A stretch of 64,000 nt of DNA from Candidatus Zhuqueibacterota bacterium. Its GTDB lineage: Bacteria > Zhuqueibacterota > Zhuqueibacteria > Thermofontimicrobiales > Thermofontimicrobiaceae. Below the pieces are notes generated by a model, which saw only the letters and a list, made by a program, of their open reading frames with translations, was not told where the DNA came from and made no database searches. Of the stretch, positions 50,920 through 60,019 are shown piece by piece. The position numbers were made by a program, and so were the translations under genes. Each line of letters starts with the position of its first letter. Position 1 is the first letter of the stretch. The stretch spans positions 160,001 to 224,000 of the forward strand of contig JBMOPW010000014.1 in the NCBI GenBank assembly GCA_049322915.1, written 5' to 3'.

Positions 50920-52135
50920 TCAAATGAAAATTACGAGTTCAGATTACGGCATGATACTCGTCGTATTTCTGCTCATCTGCGTCGGGCTGGTGGCTATTTA
51001 TAGCGCATCGTATCAGGTGGAATCGCCCGCATTGCGAGCTAATTTTGCCAAGCAGCTTCTGTGGTTTTTTATAGCAACCGTCCTCATGGTCGTTGCCATC
51101 ATTGTCCCCACGCGCGGGTATTTCATTGCCAGCTACTGGATGTATGGCCTTTCCATCATCTTTCTAATCCTGACGTTGATTATCGGCCATGGGAATTCTG
51201 TGATGCGGTGGATAACAATTGGCCCATTCAAATTTCAACCGTCGGAGTTCGCGAAGATCGCTATTATACTCACATTGGCCCGGTATCTATCCGACGAAAA
51301 AAGAGACTTGAACAAATTGAAGGATATTGGCATCGCTGCCGGACTGGTGTTTGTGCCTTTTCTTTTAATCGCGCGCCAGCCAGATCTGGGCACATCACTG
51401 GTTTTTATGACTATCACTATGCCAATTTTATACTGGGCCGGTCTGCCTGCCTTTTACCTGTTCACCATTTTTGCCCCGTTTTTAGTAATGATTGCATCTT
51501 TCAATTTCTATACATTTTCACTAACCATGCTTGTGATTGCAGTCGTGCTGATACTATTCCGACGAGGCCTGTTTGTTGTCATTTCGAATATGATTCTGAA
51601 TATTAGCGTTGGCATCATCACCCCGATTTTATGGAATATGCTTCATGATTATCAGAAGCATCGTATTCTGACCTTCATCGGCCTGGAGATGGACCCGCGC
51701 GGATTGAGTTACCAGGTCATTCAATCGAAAGTCGCAATTGGTTCCGGCGGATTGCTTGGCAAAGGATTGACCAATGGCACCCAGACGCAACTCCGGTTTT
51801 TACCGGCGCAGCACACGGACTTTGTCTTTTCGCTGATCGGCGAGGAAATGGGTTTCGTCGGCAGCCTGTTTGTTATAGTGCTATTCATGATTCTTTTGCT
51901 CAGAGGAATTCATATCGCTTCACGGGTGAGAAATCAGTTCTCCGCGCTGATGGCCATCGGCGCTGTGACAGTCATTGGTTTTCATGTCATCGTAAACATT
52001 GGAATGACAGTGGGGATGTTGCCCGTTACCGGGCTGCCACTGCCTTTTGTCAGTTACGGGGGATCATTTTTAATTGTCTGTATGATTTTAATTGGAATGA
52101 TAATTAACGCCTCGGTGAGGAGGTACAGGTATTAA
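50906..52135 (+). CDS. rodA: Peptidoglycan glycosyltransferase RodA
   Basis: FQPSEFAK, QPDLG, QSKVAIGSGG, HTDF, GLPLPFVSYGGS. Confidence 0.96.
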   Translation: MLSFNQMKITSSDYGMILVVFLLICVGLVAIYSASYQVESPALRANFAKQLLWFFIATVLMVVAIIVPTRGYFIASYWMYGLSIIFLILTLIIGHGNSVMRWITIGPFKFQPSEFAKIAIILTLARYLSDEKRDLNKLKDIGIAAGLVFVPFLLIARQPDLGTSLVFMTITMPILYWAGLPAFYLFTIFAPFLVMIASFNFYTFSLTMLVIAVVLILFRRGLFVVISNMILNISVGIITPILWNMLHDYQKHRILTFIGLEMDPRGLSYQVIQSKVAIGSGGLLGKGLTNGTQTQLRFLPAQHTDFVFSLIGEEMGFVGSLFVIVLFMILLLRGIHIASRVRNQFSALMAIGAVTVIGFHVIVNIGMTVGMLPVTGLPLPFVSYGGSFLIVCMILIGMIINASVRRYRY

Positions 52136-52150
52136 TTAAATTGTGGGAAC

Positions 52151-52972
52151 TTGCACGTGCACTCAAAATTATTTCAAATAGGTCCTTTAGAAATTCATAG
52201 CTATGGATTGGCGTTAGCATTATCTTTTCTTTTGGGTATTTACTTTTCCATGTATCGCGCCAAGAAACGCGGCATCGACCCGAACCAGGTGGTCGATCTT
52301 TCGGTGGGCATTGTCATCAGCGCCATTTTAGGATCTCGATTTTTATATGTCATATTTCATTTGGATGAGTTTCGGGGTCATTGGCTGGACACAGTGAATC
52401 CGTTCCAGAGTTCGGGACAGGTTGGAATTGCCGGATTGACCATGCTCGGTGGCTTCATCGCAGCAGTTGCATTTAGTTTGATTTATATGCGATTGAAAAA
52501 AATGCCGGTCCTGAAAATTTCCGATTTGCTCGTGCCGGCTGTCGGACTGGGTTATTTCATCACGCGCATCGGCTGTTTCCTGAATGGCTGCTGCTACGGC
52601 GTTCCAACCGATATGCCGTGGGGTATGGTATTCCCCCAGGATAGTCCGGCCGGATATTGTTACCCGGGCGAACCGATTCATCCAGCGCAATTGTATTCAT
52701 CATTTTACGGACTGGTCATTTTTGGCCTCACATTGTTCCTCGAACGGTATAAGAAGTTCGATGGCTTCCTGCTATTTGTCTTTTTCATTCTCTACGGCGT
52801 CTCGCGTTTCACAGTGGATATGTTTCGGTACTACGAAAATAGTATGGTCCTGCTCCGCCTGGGAAATTTTACAATTTCTGTGAATCAGGGAATCAGTATT
52901 CTGCTCATCCTTTTAGGCGGCGTGCTTATTTTTTTCTATTCAAAACGAGCGAAAAAGCTGGGAGCTGTTTGA
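52151..52972 (+). CDS. lgt: Prolipoprotein diacylglyceryl transferase
   Basis: HSYG, GSRFLYV, RIGCFLNGCCYG, HPAQLY. Confidence 0.92.
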   Translation: MHVHSKLFQIGPLEIHSYGLALALSFLLGIYFSMYRAKKRGIDPNQVVDLSVGIVISAILGSRFLYVIFHLDEFRGHWLDTVNPFQSSGQVGIAGLTMLGGFIAAVAFSLIYMRLKKMPVLKISDLLVPAVGLGYFITRIGCFLNGCCYGVPTDMPWGMVFPQDSPAGYCYPGEPIHPAQLYSSFYGLVIFGLTLFLERYKKFDGFLLFVFFILYGVSRFTVDMFRYYENSMVLLRLGNFTISVNQGISILLILLGGVLIFFYSKRAKKLGAV

Positions 52973-53041
52973 TCTGGAACCATTTAATCCGATTGCCGCA
53001 CTGCTGAGCTATTAAAAATTGAAGCAGATTGAAGAATTGAC

Positions 53042-53070
53042 AACAGCGCAGAAAGTACTCTGCGCTGTTT
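53042..53070 (+). terminator. Hairpin after lgt (probable terminator)
   Basis: Perfect 11-bp stem AACAGCGCAGA-aagtac-TCTGCGCTGTT. Confidence 0.65.
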
Positions 53071-53334
53071 GTATGGGTAAATATATCGGTCTGAAATCTC
53101 AGATTGAGCAGTAACTGTCGTATGATTGCGACTTGAATTTCGTGTGGGTTCATCTCCCACAATACATGCGTCATTCACGACCAATCACATAAGTGCGAAA
53201 GGAGCAACAGGAATTTTCCTGACTTGCACATGCAAAATAAAAAATGAAAATGATAGAAGTAATCAGCTATTCGGTTATTATTTTTGTATTATAGATAAAT
53301 CTTATTACATAATTGTCAAAATCAAAAAAATCGC

Positions 53335-53363
53335 TTGACTTTTTTGTTAAAGTTTAATACATT
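53335..53363 (+). promoter_or_regulatory. sigma70-type promoter
   Basis: TTGACT-N17-TACATT, about 50 nt before the TTG start at 53415. Confidence 0.55.
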
Positions 53364-53414
53364 TTTACAACTAAGTTCCTCAAACTGTTTTAGTTATGGA
53401 TAAGGAGGGGAAGA

Positions 53415-54584
53415 TTGGTAAATAAAATAGCATATTTTTATATATTCATCATTTCATTATTCATAGCGACCACTGCTGTGGCTGGTGGTGATCAGTCAAA
53501 CTTCGGGATTGGACTGCGTTCAGGTGTAAATCGTCTCGAAGGCGACCTGACAAAACCTTCATTCAATCCATTCATCTACGGTCATTTGACTTACAATGCA
53601 TTTGACTACTTAGCCATTGGATTCTCCGGTGGATATTCAGTTTCAGGAGATGAAGACGCGCCTGATTTTCAAACAATCATTATTCCCTATGAAGGGGATT
53701 TGATTTTTTCATTTTTCCCATTGGGAAAGGTGAATCCATACGTGGTGCTTGGCGCCGGAGGATTATACTGGAATTTCACTCAGGATGGCGAGACGGTCCG
53801 GTACGCGTCTGGCAAGCTGGCCAAGGGACATGATCTGTCCGTGAAAAGCGGCGGAGGGTTGGAAATAAAACTGAACCGGGCCAGGACTTTTTACTTGAAT
53901 ATCGGCGCGACATTCCGCTACTCCATGTCGGACATGCTCGATAACCGATACTCCGGCGACGAGAACGATGGATTCATCGATGTCTTCGGTGGATTCACAT
54001 ATTATTTCAGGGGCAGCTCCCGCGGCGATAAAGATAATGATGGCGTTCCTGATGAGATAGATTTGAAATCGGAAATTCGGGAAGACCCGGATGGGTATAT
54101 GGATCATGACGGCTCCCCAGACGGTATCCCCCCAGTAACCATTGCCCTGAGCTCGACCGATCAGATAAACACAGATGTCGATAAAGAACCGCCGGTTGTG
54201 ATACACTCCCCGGTCAGGAGAGTCGAGGAGGGGCAGACGGTTAAGATTGACGCTGATATCTATGAAAACAAACAACTGAAAGTCGCATCGGTGATTTATC
54301 GACCACTCGGATTTGATCGCTGGAAAGTGGAGAAATTGCGATGCGTGGGTGGAACATTATATGAAGGATTCATCCCCGGAACTGCGGTGAAAAAGCAGGG
54401 GTTAGAATATTGTGTGATTGCAGTTGATGAGGCTGTCAGCGGGGTTGGCTATAGCGGGCTGCCTAAACTGCCGATTCGTGTAGAAGTACTGGGTCATTCA
54501 AAAGCATGGCGCATTTTGAGCAGCGCTGCAGCCTTGGCTGGTTGGGGGGGAGCGAGTTATTTAATTTTAAGAAAACAAGAATAA
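53415..54584 (+). CDS. OmpA-like outer-membrane beta-barrel + TSP3-type Ca-binding repeat + Ig-like domain + C-terminal hydrophobic tail
   Basis: Signal peptide; amphipathic strands (NPYVVLGAGG ... FGGFTYYF); DKDNDGVPDEID...EDPDGYMDHDGSPD; PPVVIHSP...LEYCVIAVD; tail WRILSSAAALAGWGGASYLILRKQE. Confidence 0.7.
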   Translation: MVNKIAYFYIFIISLFIATTAVAGGDQSNFGIGLRSGVNRLEGDLTKPSFNPFIYGHLTYNAFDYLAIGFSGGYSVSGDEDAPDFQTIIIPYEGDLIFSFFPLGKVNPYVVLGAGGLYWNFTQDGETVRYASGKLAKGHDLSVKSGGGLEIKLNRARTFYLNIGATFRYSMSDMLDNRYSGDENDGFIDVFGGFTYYFRGSSRGDKDNDGVPDEIDLKSEIREDPDGYMDHDGSPDGIPPVTIALSSTDQINTDVDKEPPVVIHSPVRRVEEGQTVKIDADIYENKQLKVASVIYRPLGFDRWKVEKLRCVGGTLYEGFIPGTAVKKQGLEYCVIAVDEAVSGVGYSGLPKLPIRVEVLGHSKAWRILSSAAALAGWGGASYLILRKQE

Positions 54585-54605
54585 CTATATCGAGAGGGGA
54601 GTACA

Positions 54606-55412
54606 ATGAAAATCTTTACATTTAGTCGCATCATTTTCCTCGTAGGCTTGAGCTTAATCGTTGTATGGGGATGTAGTTCGAACCAACCACAGGTGAACAC
54701 AGAGGGGACAGAATCAACAGATGGTGGGCAGTCGGAAATCGATCAGCTATTTGGAATAAATGATGAAAATGAAAATGCAAAAAAATCTCAGGATGAAGAT
54801 GAAGTCCTGCAATTATTAGGAATTCAAAAGGAACAGGGTGCGGCAAATTCTGTTGACAGCACGACAAATGATGATGCCTTGCGAAGTGAAATCATGCAAC
54901 TGGAGCAGAGGCTGTCGGATAAAGATAGTGAGATATCCAATTTGAAATCCCAGATTGCCACGAAGGACGAGAAAATAACTCAGTTGGAAACTACTGAATA
55001 TTCGAAACCAGCAACCTCAGAAAAGAGTGCGTATGCTGCAACCGGGAACTTCAAGCAGGATTACCAAAACGCACTTTCGGAATATGATAACCGTAACTAT
55101 AAAGCTGCAATTCAGATGTTCAAAGACTTATTAGCCCAGGACGCCAATAATTCTTTATCCGACAATTGCCGCTATTGGATTGGTGAAAGTTATTATGGTC
55201 TCGGGGATTATAATCAGGCCATCATTGAATTTACAAAAGTATTCTCGTTCGCAAATTCAAATAAAGCGGACGCTGCTCAATTGAAATTGGGACTGTGCTA
55301 TTTGCGATTGGGAGATCAGGCCCGCGCCCGACAGGAGTTCGAACGTTTAGTGAGTGATTACCCTCAAAGTGAATTCATTTCTAAAGCTCAGGAATACATT
55401 GCAAAACTTTGA
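54606..55412 (+). CDS. CpoB/YbgF-like TPR lipoprotein with coiled coil
   Basis: Lipobox VVWG-C, coiled coil, TPR motifs YWIGESYY...KADAAQLKLG...YPQSE. Confidence 0.8.
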   Translation: MKIFTFSRIIFLVGLSLIVVWGCSSNQPQVNTEGTESTDGGQSEIDQLFGINDENENAKKSQDEDEVLQLLGIQKEQGAANSVDSTTNDDALRSEIMQLEQRLSDKDSEISNLKSQIATKDEKITQLETTEYSKPATSEKSAYAATGNFKQDYQNALSEYDNRNYKAAIQMFKDLLAQDANNSLSDNCRYWIGESYYGLGDYNQAIIEFTKVFSFANSNKADAAQLKLGLCYLRLGDQARARQEFERLVSDYPQSEFISKAQEYIAKL

Positions 55413-55440
55413 AAAATGTTCTCATAATAAAATTTCATGA

Positions 55441-55477
55441 AAGGTCGGAGGAGATTTTCCCTTCGGCCTTTATTTTT
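55441..55477 (+). terminator. Intrinsic terminator after the cpoB-like gene
   Basis: AAGGTCGGAGG...CCTTCGGCCTT followed by a T-rich tract. Confidence 0.65.
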
Positions 55478-55560
55478 ATATTGATTTTGATTAAAAAAAG
55501 ATTATATTAACATTTATATTTTCAAGCCGATAACTATTTCGTAATAGGAAAAATGGTGCG

Positions 55561-56580
55561 ATGATAGATATAATGCGAGAACCACCTCAACTCAGAAAGG
55601 ATCCAGTCATTGGACGCTGGGTGATTATTTCCACGGATAGAGGGAAACGTCCTTCCGATTGGGCGGTGGAAGGTGAAGCGAAGCGTGGCGGTTTCTGTCC
55701 ATTTTGTCCCGGCAATGAAGATAAAACCCCGCCAGAAATTATTGCCCGACGAAAAAATGGATTGGCCAAAGATACCCCAGGATGGGATATCCGCGTTGTA
55801 CCCAATAAATTTCCAGCGCTCCAGATTGAAGGTGAACTCAATCGACGCGGTGAAGGTATTTTCGACATGATGAACGGGATTGGGGCGCATGAGGTCGTCA
55901 TTGAAAGTCCTGACCATCTGATGGAATTGGCTGATTTATCGGTGGATTATATCAGAGACATCTTTTGGGTTTTCCGGGAACGAATTGTCGATTTGAAAAA
56001 TGACATACGGTTCAAATATATCCTGGTATTTAAAAATCACGGACGTGCTGCGGGCGCTTCTTTGGAACACTCGCATTCTCAAATTATTGCCATGCCCATT
56101 GTTCCAAAGCGTGTCCTTGAAGAACTGGATGGAGCAAGGAAATATTACAACTACAAAGAACGATGCATTTTTTGCGATATAATCCGACAGGAGATACAGT
56201 GGAAATCCCGGCTCATTATTCATAATCCTAATTTTGTCGTCTTCGAACCTTTTGCCGCTCGATTTCCATTCGAAACATGGCTTCTTCCAACTCAACACAG
56301 CTTCAGTTTTGAAAGTATTTCTTACGATGATACCTATGAACTTGCCGCTACCATCAAAGAAATACTGCAACGAATAAACAAGACTCTCGATAATCCACCC
56401 TATAATTTTATCATCCATACTTCTCCCCTGCAGGACCAAGAATATCTGGAATATCATTGGCATATTGAGATAATTCCCAAATTGACCAAAGTGGCCGGAT
56501 TCGAATGGGGTTCGGGATTTTATATTAATCCGACACCTCCGGAAGATGCGGCACAGGCGCTTCGGGAAATCCAGTTGTAG
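55561..56580 (+). CDS. galT: GalT-family nucleotidyltransferase (galactose-1-phosphate uridylyltransferase / ADP-glucose phosphorylase-like)
   Basis: LRKDP..GRWVI, CPFCPGNE, NKFPAL, HEVVIESPDH, GASLEHSHSQ (HxHxQ), HWH.E. Confidence 0.85.
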   Translation: MIDIMREPPQLRKDPVIGRWVIISTDRGKRPSDWAVEGEAKRGGFCPFCPGNEDKTPPEIIARRKNGLAKDTPGWDIRVVPNKFPALQIEGELNRRGEGIFDMMNGIGAHEVVIESPDHLMELADLSVDYIRDIFWVFRERIVDLKNDIRFKYILVFKNHGRAAGASLEHSHSQIIAMPIVPKRVLEELDGARKYYNYKERCIFCDIIRQEIQWKSRLIIHNPNFVVFEPFAARFPFETWLLPTQHSFSFESISYDDTYELAATIKEILQRINKTLDNPPYNFIIHTSPLQDQEYLEYHWHIEIIPKLTKVAGFEWGSGFYINPTPPEDAAQALREIQL

Positions 56581-56671
56581 AAGTTGGATGGTTCTTCTCA
56601 CAGATAACGGCTCAGGATAAGCACAGCATTTCGACTGAGAATTTTGTTGGTCTCAAACCACAGAGGCAGTT

Positions 56672-58150
56672 ATGCAAAAAAAATTAAAGATATTATATAT
56701 TTCTTCAGAGATCGCTCCGTTCGCAAAGACAGGGGGATTGGCCGATGTCGCGGGAGCGTTACCCAAAATTTTAAAAGAGAATGAACATGACATTCGTTTG
56801 TTCATGCCGAAATACGCCTCGATAAATGAGAGAAAATTTACACTCAGAGAAGTGATACGGTTGAAGGATATCATCGTTCCTTTAGGCAATAAAACCGCTG
56901 CTGCAAATGTGAAATCGGCCTTTTTGCCCGACTCAAAAGTGCAGGTATACTTCATTGAAAATAAAGAGTATTTCAATCGGCCTGATTTTTATATTGATCC
57001 GGAAACAAATAAAGACTGGCCTGATAATGCGGAGCGATTCATTTTCTTCAGTCGCGCTGCCCTGGAAATTCTGAAAATACTTCACTGGCAGCCGGATATT
57101 ATTCATTGCAATGATTGGCAGAGCGCGCTTATACCCTTGTATCTGAAAACAATTTTTAAGGATGACCCATTTTTTGCCGAAACGCATTCGTTGCTATCGA
57201 TTCATAATATTGCTTTCCAGGGAGTTTTCGAGCCGGAGATTTTACCGTTGATGGGTGTGCCTGATGATTTATACTATAAAGAGAGTCCGATAGAATTCTG
57301 GGGAAAAATAAATTTCCTTAAAGGTGGCATTGTTTATGCCGATGTCATTAATACGGTCAGTAAGAATTATGCTAAGGAAATTCAATCGACAGACGAGTTC
57401 GGCCGCGGGCTTCAATTTGAATTGAGAAAACGCAATATCGATTTGTACGGTATCGTCAACGGAATTGATTACTCAGTGTGGGATCCGGAAATCGATACGT
57501 TGATTGCAGCCAATTATTCGCGACGCGACCTGACCGGTAAAGCGGCGAATAAAAAATTCCTCGTGGAATCCCTGGGTCTGAACTATGATGAAAACGCAGC
57601 GGTGATTGGTACTGTTTCCCGTCTGACAGATCAGAAGGGATTTGATTTGATAGCCGAGGCCCTCGATGAAATGCTCAAAATGAACGTGCAGTATATTTTG
57701 CTGGGCACCGGCGATGAAATGTATCACAAGCTATTCGAGAAATTTGCGCAGAAATATCCCAAGAAAATCTCCGTCAATCTGAAGTTTGATAATCAGTTGG
57801 CTCATCAAATCGAGGCTGGCTGCGATATGTTTTTGATGCCGTCGCAGTTTGAACCCTGTGGGCTGAATCAGTTATACAGCCTCAAATACGGCACCATTCC
57901 CATTGTTCGGGCGACCGGTGGATTGGTCGATACGGTGAAGAAGATAGATTCTGACCTCAAGAGAGGATGGGGTTTCGTTTTTACGGACTATTCGTCCCGG
58001 GCGATGCTAGATGAAGTGCGCCGTGCTGTGGAAAGTTTTAAGGACAAGGAAAATTGGCGGATGTTGATGTCTCGAGCAATGAAGCTGGATTTTTCCTGGC
58101 GCATGGCAACTGAAAAATATGAACGGTTATATGAAAAACTCGTTCCTTGA
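56672..58150 (+). CDS. glgA: Glycogen synthase (GT5)
   Basis: KTGGLADV, HCNDWQ, IHNIAFQG, NGID, QKG, EPCGLNQ, TGGLVDTV. Confidence 0.96.
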   Translation: MQKKLKILYISSEIAPFAKTGGLADVAGALPKILKENEHDIRLFMPKYASINERKFTLREVIRLKDIIVPLGNKTAAANVKSAFLPDSKVQVYFIENKEYFNRPDFYIDPETNKDWPDNAERFIFFSRAALEILKILHWQPDIIHCNDWQSALIPLYLKTIFKDDPFFAETHSLLSIHNIAFQGVFEPEILPLMGVPDDLYYKESPIEFWGKINFLKGGIVYADVINTVSKNYAKEIQSTDEFGRGLQFELRKRNIDLYGIVNGIDYSVWDPEIDTLIAANYSRRDLTGKAANKKFLVESLGLNYDENAAVIGTVSRLTDQKGFDLIAEALDEMLKMNVQYILLGTGDEMYHKLFEKFAQKYPKKISVNLKFDNQLAHQIEAGCDMFLMPSQFEPCGLNQLYSLKYGTIPIVRATGGLVDTVKKIDSDLKRGWGFVFTDYSSRAMLDEVRRAVESFKDKENWRMLMSRAMKLDFSWRMATEKYERLYEKLVP

Positions 58151-58354
58151 CATGATTCGTACGAATTGTTTCGGAGATTCGTAGCTTTTTATAACTTATA
58201 AATTCAGTAACTTCAAAAAAAATCATTCGTTACTTTGTTCCAACTTGTAACAATGTTTCGTGTCAGAACAGGAAAATGGGTTGGTTTCTCAATGTGGAAC
58301 TCGCCTGCCCATAGCAAATTAAATAACAAGCAAAACATTTGAGCTCAATTTTAA

Positions 58355-58370
58355 TGGCATTGTCTTTGCA
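58355..58370 (+). promoter_or_regulatory. sigma54 (-24/-12) promoter candidate
   Basis: TGGCATTGTCTTTGCA: GG-N10-GC spacing with TGGCA and TTGCA boxes, in an AT-rich intergenic region about 90 nt before the next gene. Confidence 0.55.
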
Positions 58371-58461
58371 ACGTATTGGGTACGTTGTATTATCTGATCG
58401 TATTCTTGATTCGGGTCAATGTTTTGCAGGTAAAATACTTTTCACTGAACATGGATGATTA

Positions 58462-59190
58462 TTGTCAATGCAGGGAATTGAATTAGCCCTAAACAATATC
58501 GGAGCAAGGGGGGATATTGTTCTTGTAAAATTGAAAGGTTATATTGACACTACAACATCGAGTGAGGTTTCTGCAAAATTAAATACGATTCTTACAGATG
58601 GTATTTATCAATTAATAATTGACATGGGGGGCGTCAATTATGTCAGCAGCGCAGGGTGGGGGGTTTTTGTTGGGGAGATTCGGAACATTCGCGAACACGG
58701 CGGCGATTTAAAAATAGTCCAGATGACTCCTGATGTGCATGAGGTGTTTGAGATGTTGGAGTTCAATCGCATCCTGGACTACTATGAGACCATTGAAGAG
58801 GCGGTTAACGATTTTGATATTAGCATCGGGTTGGATATTACAAAAAGTGTACAACGAAAGAAAGTAGCTGTAAATCCCGATGATATTGCCGTATCAATTC
58901 CTTCACCCAAGGCGATGGCTCAGAAAGCGCAAATCAAAGGTGAGCGAAAACCAAAGTCCCGACACTCATTTACAAAACCAAAAATCAACGAAGCTACATT
59001 ACCACTTGTCGAGAAGGTTAAAATAATCGTCATTGAAAATCCGAATGATGGGACGCGACTAATTCAAAAAAAACTGAACACCCAACGGTTCGGTTTTGAA
59101 AAGGTCGGATTTTTCAAGGTGCGAGATATTCTGAAGAAGTATAATCTGGAAACCAGAGAAAAAAGATACCGATTCTATCGCTCTCGATAA
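58462..59190 (+). CDS. STAS anti-sigma antagonist fused to a C-terminal basic HTH-like domain
   Basis: GYIDTTT...DMGGVNYVSSAGWGVF...GGDLK; C-terminal ENPNDGTRLIQKKL...VRDILKKYNLETREKR. Confidence 0.8.
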   Translation: MSMQGIELALNNIGARGDIVLVKLKGYIDTTTSSEVSAKLNTILTDGIYQLIIDMGGVNYVSSAGWGVFVGEIRNIREHGGDLKIVQMTPDVHEVFEMLEFNRILDYYETIEEAVNDFDISIGLDITKSVQRKKVAVNPDDIAVSIPSPKAMAQKAQIKGERKPKSRHSFTKPKINEATLPLVEKVKIIVIENPNDGTRLIQKKLNTQRFGFEKVGFFKVRDILKKYNLETREKRYRFYRSR

Positions 59191-59243
59191 TCTTTATAAG
59201 AAATTGGTGCTGTGGCTGTGGGATGAGGATTGTCAATTTATTT

Positions 59244-59287
59244 AAGCCCCTGCTAATATGAATTATAATATTTCAGGGGCTTTTTTT
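59244..59287 (+). terminator. Intrinsic terminator before the wza-like gene
   Basis: AAGCCCCTG...CAGGGGCTT followed by a T run. Confidence 0.7.
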
Positions 59288-59309
59288 CTTCAAATTAAAA
59301 ATGTAAGGG

Positions 59310-60002
59310 ATGGGTGTTGTCATGAAAAATGTGTTTAAAGGGTCATCATTTTGGGAGAGTGTATCGTTTTTGTTTATCGCTTTTATAATGAGCAATTACT
59401 CGACGGGGCTGTCCCAGACGGGCCAGAAAGTACGAACAGAATTCTATCCCGGCGATGCTGTGCAGATCTATATTGTCGATGTCGGTCAAATCTCAGAGAA
59501 GGAATCGTTCAATATCAGCAATGACTACACAATCAATAACAAGGGGTATATCATGCTGCCGCTTGTTGGAGAGGTCAAGGTCGTCGGTCACGACCGCTTC
59601 AGTCTTGCGAAATACCTGATGGATAAATTCAGTCCATTCTTTAAAGAGCCCTATATTATTACAACGCCGCTCATGCGCGTGACACTGATGGGCGCTTTCC
59701 AGAAACCAGGCGCCTATCGCGTTAGTCCGGAAAGCTCATTGTGGGAATTGATTGAATTGGCGGAAGGACCCAATGAGGATTGCGATTTAAAGTCCTTGCG
59801 GGTTGAGCGCGGTGGTAAAGTAATCATGAAAAATCTATTGGAGCAGTTCGAAAAAGGCTATTCATTGGAAGAAATCGGTGTTAAAACCGGCGATCAAATT
59901 ATCGCGCGAACTAAGAAAACATTCAGTTCACGAGACATTGTCAATTATGGGTATTTCATCATCTCATCGATAAACTTGTATCTCTATATTCGCGATAGGT
60001 AG
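59310..60002 (+). CDS. Polysaccharide export protein (Wza/OPX-like: PES + SLBB)
   Basis: PGDAVQI...GYIMLPLVGEV...GAFQKPGAY...GDQI; upstream of wzc. Confidence 0.8.
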   Translation: MGVVMKNVFKGSSFWESVSFLFIAFIMSNYSTGLSQTGQKVRTEFYPGDAVQIYIVDVGQISEKESFNISNDYTINNKGYIMLPLVGEVKVVGHDRFSLAKYLMDKFSPFFKEPYIITTPLMRVTLMGAFQKPGAYRVSPESSLWELIELAEGPNEDCDLKSLRVERGGKVIMKNLLEQFEKGYSLEEIGVKTGDQIIARTKKTFSSRDIVNYGYFIISSINLYLYIRDR

Positions 60003-60019
60003 AAAAATTAGTCACAGGA

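Noticed and set aside
53000..60000. AT-richer segment as a horizontally acquired island
   Set aside because: It contains lineage-typical genes with no flanking repeats, tRNA or integrase; similar AT-richness occurs around the core genes secF-purA-folK.
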